This document shows positions 56,396 through 64,000 of a stretch of 64,000 nt of DNA, one piece after another. The notes under the pieces are model-generated. The model did not search any database. It had not been told where the DNA came from and saw only the letters and a program-made list of their open reading frames with translations. The stretch lies in NCBI GenBank assembly GCA_038326655.1, contig JBBQKG010000002.1:31797-95796 (forward strand). The letters are read 5' to 3'. Position numbers and translations under genes: made by a program. The stretch is from Solirubrobacterales bacterium. Its GTDB lineage: Bacteria; Actinomycetota; Thermoleophilia; Solirubrobacterales; JBBDJG01. Position 1 is the stretch's first letter; every line of letters begins with the position of its first letter.

Positions 56396-57211
56396 TTACC
56401 CGTCGCGAAGGGCGGCGACGGTCTCGCCGAGAAAGCGCTCGACTCCCTCGAGACCGTCGTCGAGCGACGCCGCCTCGGCAACCTCGCGCACCAGGCGGCT
56501 GCCGATGATGACGCCGTCGGCGATCTCCCCTACCGCGGCGGCCTGCGCCGGCGTGCCGACGCCGAACCCGACCGCGACCGGCACGCTCGCGACCGCACGC
56601 ACACGCTCGACCACCGCAGGCAGCTCCGGAGGCAGCTCCGTGCGCTCGCCCGTGACGCCCGTGACCGAGACGACATAGACGAACCCGCGCGCGTCCCGGG
56701 CGATCAGCTCCACGTCGGCGGGGGGCGTGGTCGGCGCGACCAGCGGGATCAGGGCGATCCCGGCCTGGTCGCATGCGCGGCGAAGCTCGCCCGCCTCGAC
56801 GGCGGGCATGTCCGGCACGATCAGGCCACTGACGCCCCGCGCCGCGAGCACGCCGACGACCCGTTCGAAGCCCCGCGCCACGAGCGGGTTGGCGTAGCAC
56901 ATCGCGATTACCGGGACCGAGCTCGAGAGCGGCGCGGCGACCTCGTCGAGCACGCGCTCGAGCGTCGCGCCTTCCTCGAGCGCCCGCTGCCCCGCTGCCT
57001 GGATCGCGGGACCGTCGGCGAGCGGGTCGGAGAAGGGCACGCCGAGCTCGACGAGGTCGGCGTGCTCCGCATATGCGCGACCGACCGCCAGCGAGCCCTC
57101 GAGCGTCGGAAAGCCTCCCATCAGATAGGGCATCAGCGCCGCGGTGCGGCCGTGGCCGGTGAACGCCGCAGCGATCGCCTCGGCGCCCGTGGCCGCGCGG
57201 GTCTCAGCCAT
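56396..57211 (-). CDS. trpA: tryptophan synthase alpha chain
   Basis: 271 aa. [14 protein letters not shown] motif. 8-nt overlap with trpB. Confidence 0.95.
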   Translation of the reverse strand: MAETRAATGAEAIAAAFTGHGRTAALMPYLMGGFPTLEGSLAVGRAYAEHADLVELGVPFSDPLADGPAIQAAGQRALEEGATLERVLDEVAAPLSSSVPVIAMCYANPLVARGFERVVGVLAARGVSGLIVPDMPAVEAGELRRACDQAGIALIPLVAPTTPPADVELIARDARGFVYVVSVTGVTGERTELPPELPAVVERVRAVASVPVAVGFGVGTPAQAAAVGEIADGVIIGSRLVREVAEAASLDDGLEGVERFLGETVAALRDG

Positions 57212-58415
57212 CGTGGGCGAGCACTTCGGCGAGATCCTTGTCGCCCCGGCCGCTGAGCGTCACGAGCGTCGCCCCCTCAGAGCTCCCGTCACCCGCGCTT
57301 GCGCGGGTGACGGCCTCTTTGATCACCCAGGCGATCGCGTGTGCCGGCTCGAGCGCGGGGATGATGCCCTCCAGCCGCGAAAGCTCGCGGAATGCGCTCA
57401 CCGCCTCGTCGTCGGTCACCGACACGTAGCGAACCCGTCCAATGTCGCGCAGGTGAGCGTGCTCCGGGCCGACACCCGGATAGTCGAGCCCGGCGGAAAT
57501 CGAGTGCGCCTCGAGGATCTGGCCGTCCTCGTCCTGGAGCACCGATGACAGCGCGCCGTGCAGCACCCCCTCCTGGCCCGCCGCCAGCGACGCGCCGTGA
57601 CGGGCGCTGTCGAGCCCCTCGCCCCCGGCCTCCACGCCGACAAGCTCGACGTCGGCATCGCCGACGAACGCCGTGAACGTGCCGATCGCGTTGCTGCCGC
57701 CCCCGACACACGCGACCACGCGGCCCGGCAGCATGCCGGCGAGCTCGACGATCTGGGCACGGGCCTCGTCGCCGATCACGCGCTGAAGGTCACGCACGAG
57801 TGCCGGATAGGGAGCGGGCCCGACCGCTGAGCCGATCACGTAGTGCGTCGTCGAGACGTTCGCGACCCAGTCGCGGATCGCGGCGCTGACCGCCTCCTTG
57901 AGTGTGCGTGCACCCGCCTCGACAGGCTCCACGCGTGCCCCGAGCAGACCCATGCGCTCGACGTTCGGGCGCTGCCGGCGCATGTCCTCGGTGCCCATGT
58001 ACACGACACATTCCTGACCGAGGAGCGCGCAGACGGTCGCGACGGCAACACCGTGCTGGCCTGCGCCGGTCTCCGCAATCACCCGTCCTTTGCCCAACCG
58101 CTTGGCCAGGAGAGCCTGGCCAAGCGCATTGTTTATCTTGTGGGCGCCGGTGTGGAGCAGGTCCTCGCGCTTCAGGTACACGTCGTGGCCGCACCGGGCG
58201 GAGAGCCGCCGGGCGTGGTAGAGCGGCGAGGGGCGGCCAACGTAGGTGGCGAGCAGGCCGTCGAGCTCCGCACGGAAGGCGGCGTCCTCGCGCGCCTCGA
58301 GCCAGGCCCGCTCGAGCTCGGCGAGCGCCGGCATCAGCGTCTCGGGAACGTAGCGCCCGCCGTAGCGGCCGAACCGCTCCTCGAGCCGGCCCGTGAGGGC
58401 CCTCGCAGGCTCCAT
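57204..58415 (-). CDS. trpB: tryptophan synthase beta chain
   Basis: 403 aa from the ATG at 58415 (TGATG overlap with the trpF stop). [13 protein letters not shown], and the PLP lysine in HTGAHKINN. The upstream Arg-rich extension of the track ORF is rejected. Confidence 0.95.
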   Translation of the reverse strand: MEPARALTGRLEERFGRYGGRYVPETLMPALAELERAWLEAREDAAFRAELDGLLATYVGRPSPLYHARRLSARCGHDVYLKREDLLHTGAHKINNALGQALLAKRLGKGRVIAETGAGQHGVAVATVCALLGQECVVYMGTEDMRRQRPNVERMGLLGARVEPVEAGARTLKEAVSAAIRDWVANVSTTHYVIGSAVGPAPYPALVRDLQRVIGDEARAQIVELAGMLPGRVVACVGGGSNAIGTFTAFVGDADVELVGVEAGGEGLDSARHGASLAAGQEGVLHGALSSVLQDEDGQILEAHSISAGLDYPGVGPEHAHLRDIGRVRYVSVTDDEAVSAFRELSRLEGIIPALEPAHAIAWVIKEAVTRASAGDGSSEGATLVTLSGRGDKDLAEVLAHDG

Positions 58416-59053
58416 CAAACGGGCGCGGCCGAGCGCTCGACTGCCGCGAAGAAGCGAGCGAGCTTGTCGTGGTCCTTGCGGCCCGGCTCCGCCTCGACGC
58501 CGCTTGCGACGTCGACCGCGAACGGCTTCGCGACCTCGATCGCCTCGCCGACGTGCTCGGGATCCAGCCCGCCGGACAGGACCAGCGGCGGAGAGCCCGG
58601 ATGGGTGGTGGCCAGCTCCCAATCGAAGCGCTCGCCGGTGCCGCCCCGCAGGCCGGGCACGTGGGCGTCCATGAGCTGGAAGTCGGTGCGGTAGGCGGAG
58701 AGCGCGCGGACGTCTGCGCGGTCACGGACGCGGGCCGCCTTCATCACCTCGAGGCCGGTCCGGCGTCGCGCCTCGTCGCAGTACGACGGGCCTTCGTCGC
58801 CGTGCAGCTGGAGGATCGACAGCGGCGCGCTCTCGAGCACGCCCAGGATCTCGTCGAGCGGCGCGTTCACGAAGACCCCGGCGAGCTTGACCCGTCGGCG
58901 GAGCGCGGCGGCGATCTCAGCGGCCTGCTCGATGTCGCAGCGGCGTGGGCTCTCGTCGAAGAAGATCATGCCGAGCGCCCAAGCGCCGAGGTCGGCGGCC
59001 GCAATGGCGTCGTCGAGATTCGTGATGCCGCAGATCTTGACCTTCGTGCTGAT
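58415..59053 (-). CDS. trpF: phosphoribosylanthranilate isomerase (5' boundary unresolved, no canonical start)
   Basis: The track ORF starts at ATG 58969, but the same frame upstream encodes the conserved N-terminus [28 protein letters not shown]. The only nearby in-frame near-cognate codon is ATC 59053. An out-of-frame TTG at 59060 has a GGGG box 7 nt upstream. Confidence 0.8.
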   Translation of the reverse strand: MSTKVKICGITNLDDAIAAADLGAWALGMIFFDESPRRCDIEQAAEIAAALRRRVKLAGVFVNAPLDEILGVLESAPLSILQLHGDEGPSYCDEARRRTGLEVMKAARVRDRADVRALSAYRTDFQLMDAHVPGLRGGTGERFDWELATTHPGSPPLVLSGGLDPEHVGEAIEVAKPFAVDVASGVEAEPGRKDHDKLARFFAAVERSAAPV

Positions 59054-59087
59054 CGGCCAATCGTAGACCCCGGCCGGGGCCGGCGGC

Positions 59088-60341
59088 CTACGGAACCTGG
59101 TTCGGCGACTGCTGCTGGGGCTGCAGGCTCTGGTCGGCGTTCTGGGGGCGATTACCGAGCGTCGCCGTGACCGTGCGCTGCTTCTGGCCGTGCAGGAGCT
59201 TGAGGGTGACCTTGTCGCCGGGCTTCTTCGAGTCGACGGTCGAGATCACGTCGTCCATCGACTTCACCTGCTTGCCGTCGATCGCAGTGAGCACGTCACC
59301 GCCGAGCACGAGACTCTGGCCGCCGACGCTGACCTGCGTGTCGCCGCTTTTCACGCCGGCCTTCTTGGCGGGGCCCGAGGCGGCCTGGATCAGGACTCCA
59401 CGGTCGGCGGGCAGGTTGAGGCTCTGCGACATCGACGACGTGATCGACACGCCGGTGATGCCGAGGAAGGCGTGCTGGACCGAGCCGCTCTTCTTGAGCT
59501 GGTCGGAGATCCGCTTGGCGGTGTTGATCGGCACCGCGAAGCCGATCCCGATGTTGCCGTTGCTGCCACCCGCGGTGGCGATCTGCGAGTTGATGCCGAT
59601 CACGCGGCCGCGGCTGTCGATCAAGGGGCCGCCTGAGTTGCCGGGGTTGATCGCAGCATCGGTCTGGATCACGTGCTCGATCGTAAAGCCGTTGGGCGCC
59701 TCGATCTTGCGCTGGAGGGCGCTCACGATTCCGCTCGTGACGGTGCGGTCGAGCCCAAACGGGTTCCCGATCGCGACCACCGGGTCGCCCACCTGGAGGT
59801 GGGAGGAATTGCCGAACGCGAGCGGGTGAAGCGCCTTCTTGTCGGCGTTCACCTTCAGCAGCGCGACGTCGGAGGAGGGGTCGCGACCGACGATCTTCGC
59901 GTCGTAGGTCTTGTCGCCGAGGTCGGCCGTCACCTTCGTGGCGCCTGCGACCACGTGCGCGTTGGTGAGGATGTCGCCGCTGTCGTCGATCACGAATCCC
60001 GAGCCGGTCGCGGTGCCGCGCTGGCGCTGGGGAAAGAGGTCGAAGGGCGACTGGCTCTGCTGGACCACCTCGGCCCGCACGAACGCGACGCCGGGCGAGT
60101 CCTTCACGTAGACCTGATGGACGGTGAGGCCGGGACTGTTCGAGTCCGCCTCGGAGGAAGACTGCGAGATCGGGCTCTGCACGATCGTCGTCTTGTCCTC
60201 GCCGCCGAGCACTCCCACGGCCGCCAGGATCAACACCGCGACCAGCACGACGAAGCCGCCGAGCAGGCCGGCCACAAATGGATTCTGGGCTGCGCGCCGG
60301 AGTCGCTCGTCGAGCGGAGGGCGAGGGCTTCCGTATGCCAT
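59088..60341 (-). CDS. HtrA/DegP-family serine protease (trypsin-like domain plus PDZ), membrane-anchored
   Basis: 417 aa. N-terminal TM helix, catalytic motifs TNAHVV, D(V)ALLK and GNSGGPL, and a C-terminal PDZ domain. Confidence 0.9.
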   Translation of the reverse strand: MAYGSPRPPLDERLRRAAQNPFVAGLLGGFVVLVAVLILAAVGVLGGEDKTTIVQSPISQSSSEADSNSPGLTVHQVYVKDSPGVAFVRAEVVQQSQSPFDLFPQRQRGTATGSGFVIDDSGDILTNAHVVAGATKVTADLGDKTYDAKIVGRDPSSDVALLKVNADKKALHPLAFGNSSHLQVGDPVVAIGNPFGLDRTVTSGIVSALQRKIEAPNGFTIEHVIQTDAAINPGNSGGPLIDSRGRVIGINSQIATAGGSNGNIGIGFAVPINTAKRISDQLKKSGSVQHAFLGITGVSITSSMSQSLNLPADRGVLIQAASGPAKKAGVKSGDTQVSVGGQSLVLGGDVLTAIDGKQVKSMDDVISTVDSKKPGDKVTLKLLHGQKQRTVTATLGNRPQNADQSLQPQQQSPNQVP

Positions 60342-60397
60342 CTACGTAGGTTTTATAGGCCGTGGATTAAGAACTCGTAAGTGCCGGGCTACGCCGC
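60342..60397 (-). promoter_or_regulatory. AT-rich spacer with a promoter-like CTTACG-18 nt-TATAAA upstream of the protease gene
   Basis: Minus strand: -35-like cttacg (60381-60376) and -10-like tataaa (60357-60352), 10 nt before the ATG at 60341. No Shine-Dalgarno, which suggests a very short leader or a leaderless mRNA. Confidence 0.3.
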
Positions 60398-61195
60398 TCA
60401 GACCTGCGTGCTCTCCTCGGTGCCGGCCAGGTCCCGGCACGCGCGCTCCGGGTCGTCGGCACGCATCAGCGTCTCGCCGATCAGCACCGCGTCGACACCG
60501 ACGCGCTCGAGCTCGGCGACCTGGTCGCGTGTCCGGATCCCGCTTTCCGAGACGACCGTCTTCCCGGCCGGGATGTCGGCCAGCAGCTCGAAGGTGCGCT
60601 CGAGGTCGATCGAGAAGTCGGCCAGGTCCCGGTTGTTGATGCCGATCACCTCGGCGTCGACGGCGAGTGCCGCCTCGAGCTCCTCCGCGTCGTGGACCTC
60701 CACGAGACAGTCCAGGTCGAGCGCATCGGCCTCGGCGTGGAGCTGCTCGAGCTCGTCCGGTTCGAGCGCCGCGACCACTAACAGCACCGCGTCCGCCTGG
60801 GCCGCGGCGGCCTCGTAGAGCTGGTATCGGTCGAGCGTGAAGTCCTTTCGGAGGATCGGCAGGTCCGTCGCCGCCCGGGCGGCGCGCAGATCGGCGAGCG
60901 AGCCCCCGAAGTGCTCGGACTCCGTCAGGATCGAGAGCGCCGCCGCGCCGCCGCGCTCATAGGCGCGGACGATCGCCTCGACGGGGTCGCCTCCCCGCGG
61001 CAGGTCGCCGGCCGCGGGCGAGCGCCGCTTGTACTCGGCGATCAGCGATATCCCGGTCGCCGCCAGCGCTTCGTTGAACGGCCGGCCTTCGACGCGGGCA
61101 GAGATCGCCCGCTCGAGCTCCTCGAGCGAGACCTGCTCACGGCGGCGCGCGACCTGTTCGCGAACCGAGCTGGTGAGATCTTCGAGCGTTGTCAA
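60398..61195 (-). CDS. trpC: indole-3-glycerol phosphate synthase
   Basis: 265 aa. LIAEYKRRSP, ILRKDF and IGINNRDL motifs. TTG start in a TTGA overlap with the trpD stop. Confidence 0.95.
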   Translation of the reverse strand: MTTLEDLTSSVREQVARRREQVSLEELERAISARVEGRPFNEALAATGISLIAEYKRRSPAAGDLPRGGDPVEAIVRAYERGGAAALSILTESEHFGGSLADLRAARAATDLPILRKDFTLDRYQLYEAAAAQADAVLLVVAALEPDELEQLHAEADALDLDCLVEVHDAEELEAALAVDAEVIGINNRDLADFSIDLERTFELLADIPAGKTVVSESGIRTRDQVAELERVGVDAVLIGETLMRADDPERACRDLAGTEESTQV

Positions 61196-62232
61196 GCAGC
61201 CTCCCCGCCAAGTTCCTGGGTCTTGCGGACGAACCGCTCGAGCGTATCGATCGCGGCCCCGGAATCGATCGTCTCCTCAGCGAGCCGCACCCCTTCCTCG
61301 AAGCCGGGCACCCGCTCCGCCACGAACAGCGCCGCGCCCGCGTTCAGGACGACCAGCGACCGCCGCGCGCCGCGCTCGCCGTTGAAGACGGCACGGGTGA
61401 TCGCGGCGTTCTCCGCCGGGGTCCCGCCCCGAACCTCCGCCGGATCGGCCCGCTCGAGCCCGACGCGCTCCGGCGAGATCGTGTGTCTGGTGACGCCGTC
61501 GGGGGTCACCTCGAACAGGGTCGTGTCCGCCGCGATGCTGATCTCGTCCATTCCGTCCTCGCCCGCGACGACCGCCGCGCGCCGCGCGCCGAGCCGGCCG
61601 AGCGCACCCGCCACGAGCTCCATCGAGGACCGCTCGCCCACGCCCACGAGCTGGCGCGTCGCGCCGGCCGGGTTGGTCAGCGGGCCCAGCATGTTGAAGA
61701 TCGTGCTGACGCCGAGCGCCTTGCGAACCGGCACCACGTGACGCGTCGCCAGGTGGTGTCGGGGAGCGAACATGAACCCGAAACCGACCTCGTCGACGCA
61801 CGCACAGACCCCCTCCGGGTCGAGGTCGATGCGGGCGCCGAGCGCTTCAAGGAGGTCCGCCGACCCGCTCAGGCTCGTGGCGGAGCGGTTGCCGTGCTTG
61901 GCGACCCGCACGCCGGCGGCGGCCGCGACGAGCGCCGCCGTCGTCGACACGTTGAACGTCGGGACGTCTCCGCCACCCGTGCCCGCGGTGTCGAGCAGGT
62001 TGTCTCCGGAGATCTCCACCCGGCTCGCGAGCGCGCGCATCGTGCGCGCGAGGCCCACGAGCTCGTCCACGGTCTCGCCCTTCGTGCGGAGCGCGATCAG
62101 GAACGCGGCCGTCTGAGGCTCCTCGACCGCGCCACGCATGATCTCCCCGAGCACGCGCTCGGCCTCGTCGGCGGTCAGGTCCTGTCCAGACGCGACCGCC
62201 TCGATCGCCTCGGTCAGGATCTCGTTGGGCAT
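61192..62232 (-). CDS. trpD: anthranilate phosphoribosyltransferase
   Basis: 346 aa. DTAGTGGD, KHGNRS and NPAG motifs. TGATG overlap with the trpG stop. Confidence 0.95.
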   Translation of the reverse strand: MPNEILTEAIEAVASGQDLTADEAERVLGEIMRGAVEEPQTAAFLIALRTKGETVDELVGLARTMRALASRVEISGDNLLDTAGTGGGDVPTFNVSTTAALVAAAAGVRVAKHGNRSATSLSGSADLLEALGARIDLDPEGVCACVDEVGFGFMFAPRHHLATRHVVPVRKALGVSTIFNMLGPLTNPAGATRQLVGVGERSSMELVAGALGRLGARRAAVVAGEDGMDEISIAADTTLFEVTPDGVTRHTISPERVGLERADPAEVRGGTPAENAAITRAVFNGERGARRSLVVLNAGAALFVAERVPGFEEGVRLAEETIDSGAAIDTLERFVRKTQELGGEAA

Positions 62233-62798
62233 CAGCGCCGGCCCTCGAGAAAGTTCTGGAGGATCAGCTTGCCGCTCTCGGTGAGCACGGACTCGGGGTG
62301 GAACTGGACGCCCTCGGCCGGCAGCTCCCGATGGCGGATCGCCATCACGGTGCCGCCCGCTTCGGCGGAGAGCTCGAACTCGGGCGGCAGCTCCGGGTCG
62401 ACGACCAGCGAGTGGTAGCGGCCGGCGACGAGCGGGTTGGCGACTCCGCGGAAGATCGAGCGCCCGTCGTGGCTCACCTCAGCGGTCTTGCCGTGGACGG
62501 GCTCGCCGATCACCACGCGGCCGCCAAAGGCCTCCGCGAGTGCCTGGTGGCCGAGGCAGACTCCGAGCACCGGGATGCCGTCCTCGGCAAACGTGCGAGA
62601 GGCCTCGATCGAGACCCCGGCGTCCGCTGGCCGGCACGGCCCGGGAGAGATCACGACCCGGTCGGGCCGCCGGGCGAGCAGCTCGTCGAGGCTCGCGACG
62701 TCGTTCCGGACCACGTCTGGCTCGGCCCCCAGCTCCCCGAGATACTGGACCAGGTTGTAGGTGAAGCTGTCGTAGTTGTCGATCACGAGCACGCGCAC
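62232..62798 (-). CDS. trpG: anthranilate synthase component II (glutamine amidotransferase)
   Basis: 188 aa from the GTG at 62798 (VRVLVIDNYDSFTYNLVQYL). Catalytic GVCLGHQ, and the HPES region (FHPESV). The upstream part of the 301-aa track ORF overlaps trpE out of frame and is rejected. Confidence 0.9.
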   Translation of the reverse strand: MRVLVIDNYDSFTYNLVQYLGELGAEPDVVRNDVASLDELLARRPDRVVISPGPCRPADAGVSIEASRTFAEDGIPVLGVCLGHQALAEAFGGRVVIGEPVHGKTAEVSHDGRSIFRGVANPLVAGRYHSLVVDPELPPEFELSAEAGGTVMAIRHRELPAEGVQFHPESVLTESGKLILQNFLEGRR

Positions 62799-62805
62799 CG
62801 CGACG

Positions 62806-64000
62806 TCACGCCCAATCCGGCTGGCGGCAGGCGAGCTCGATCGCCTTGAACATCGCCTGCGCCTTGGCGATCGTCTCGTCGTACTCGTAGCCCGGGTCGG
62901 AGTCGGCCACGATGCCCGCGCCGGCCTGGATGTGGGCGACGCCGTCCTTGACGACGACCGTGCGGATGTGGATGCACGTGTCGAGGTCGCCCGTGTAGCT
63001 GAGGTAGCCGATCGCGCCGCCGTAGAAGCCGCGCTTGCGCGGCTCGAGCTCGTCGATGATCTCCATCGCACGGATCTTCGGCGCGCCCGACAGGGTTCCC
63101 GCCGGCAGGCACGCGCGCAGCGCGTCCATCGCGTCACGGCCCTCGGCCAGTCGGCCGGTGACCGACGACACGATGTGCATCACGTGCGAGTACGTCTCGA
63201 CCACCATCAGCTCGCTGACCTCGACGGTGCCGAAGCGCGCGACGCGCCCGACGTCGTTTCGCCCGAGGTCGACCAGCATCACGTGCTCGGCGCGCTCCTT
63301 GTCGTCCGCGAGCAGCGCGTCGGCGATCCGCAGGTCCTCCTCCGGACTGGTCGACCGCGGCCTCGTGCCGGCGATCGGCCGCATCTCAACGCGGTCGCCG
63401 GTGACCTTCACGAGCGGCTCGGGCGAGGCGCCGGCGATCGCGAAGTCCTCGAACTCGAGGAAGTACATGTATGGCGAGGGGTTGACGACGCGCAACCCGC
63501 GGTAGAGCGAAAACGCCTCCACCGGACAGGGCCCGCTCCAGCGATGGGACGGAACCACCTGGAAGACGTCGCCGGCGTAGATGTACTCCTTCGCGCGCTC
63601 GACCGCGGTTTCGTAGTCGCTCCGGGTCATGTTCGAGTCGAACGCGGCGAGCGGGTCGCTGGGGCGGGCGCCCGGCTCGGCCCGCGGGACCGGCGCCGCG
63701 AGCAGCTCCAGCGCCCGCTCGATCTGCGTGACCGCCTCGTCGTAGGCGGCCTCCGTGTCGGCCGGGTCGTCGACGAACGCGTTCACCAGAATCGTGACCT
63801 GATGGCTCAGGTGGTCGAATACCACCAGCGCGTCGGACACCATCAGCGCCATGTCGGGCGTGCCGATGTCGTCCGCGCGCGGCGCGGGCAGCCGCTCCAC
63901 GGTTCGCACCAGGTCGTAGCCGAACACGCCCACGGCGCCCCCCGCGAACGGCGGCAGGCCTTCGACCGGTGCGACGCGGTAGTCGCGCAGGTAGTCCGAC
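62806..64000 (-). CDS. trpE: anthranilate synthase component I (partial; 5' end lies beyond the window)
   Basis: C-terminal chorismate-binding domain (LSGAPKIRAMEIIDELE, GGAIGYLSYTGDLDTCIHIRT). The frame stays open to the window edge upstream of the track ORF's internal Met. Confidence 0.9.
   Translation of the reverse strand, partial: SDYLRDYRVAPVEGLPPFAGGAVGVFGYDLVRTVERLPAPRADDIGTPDMALMVSDALVVFDHLSHQVTILVNAFVDDPADTEAAYDEAVTQIERALELLAAPVPRAEPGARPSDPLAAFDSNMTRSDYETAVERAKEYIYAGDVFQVVPSHRWSGPCPVEAFSLYRGLRVVNPSPYMYFLEFEDFAIAGASPEPLVKVTGDRVEMRPIAGTRPRSTSPEEDLRIADALLADDKERAEHVMLVDLGRNDVGRVARFGTVEVSELMVVETYSHVMHIVSSVTGRLAEGRDAMDALRACLPAGTLSGAPKIRAMEIIDELEPRKRGFYGGAIGYLSYTGDLDTCIHIRTVVVKDGVAHIQAGAGIVADSDPGYEYDETIAKAQAMFKAIELACRQPDWA

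Noticed and set aside
56386-56481. 85-aa ORF version of the small membrane protein downstream of trpA
   Set aside because: Its first 32 codons overlap the trpA 3' end in another frame and are Arg/Ser-rich. Only the GTG-initiated 53-aa hydrophobic part (56224-56385) is retained, and with low confidence.

Overview
This is a very GC-rich chromosomal segment; third codon positions are almost always G/C, so long spurious antisense ORFs are everywhere. Gene content and synteny look actinobacterial: tsaE-tsaB-rimI-tsaD, a ceoB/ceoC-like trkA pair, rpsA-coaE, uvrA/uvrB, polA, and trpE-G-D-C ... F-B-A. I support about 62 protein-coding genes, one tRNA-Gln, one decayed DUF559-type gene remnant, a few stem-loops and promoter-like sites, and three short tandem repeats. 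I see no rRNA, CRISPR array, or intact mobile element.

Functions are overwhelmingly housekeeping:
- two fused ABC exporters
- a TrkA pair next to two APC-USP fusion permeases
- H+-pyrophosphatase
- YbdK/DUF1844, Rex and a glutaredoxin-like protein
- t6A synthesis genes, family-4 UDG, panCDB, YjbQ
- a decarboxylase-agmatinase-acyltransferase operon
- a polar amino-acid ABC system and a liv-type ABC system with three binding proteins
- malic enzyme, PFK, and the trp operon

Many adjacent genes are joined by ATGA/GTGA/TTGA/TGATG start-stop overlaps.

I did not find a convincing new multi-gene system such as a defence or biosynthetic island. The observations most worth a second look are:
1. uvrA is interrupted by an in-frame TGA.
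2. trpF has a conserved catalytic N-terminus with no in-frame ATG/GTG/TTG upstream.
3. A GNAT gene apparently starts at a CTG inside a CTGA overlap.
4. The TrkA pair sits beside APC-USP permeases, with no TrkH/KtrB in the window.
5. The PFK carries His at the ATP/PPi-discriminating position.
6. An HtrA protease with its own promoter-like box is embedded in the trp operon.

All function calls come from motif and family recognition by eye. No database search was run.
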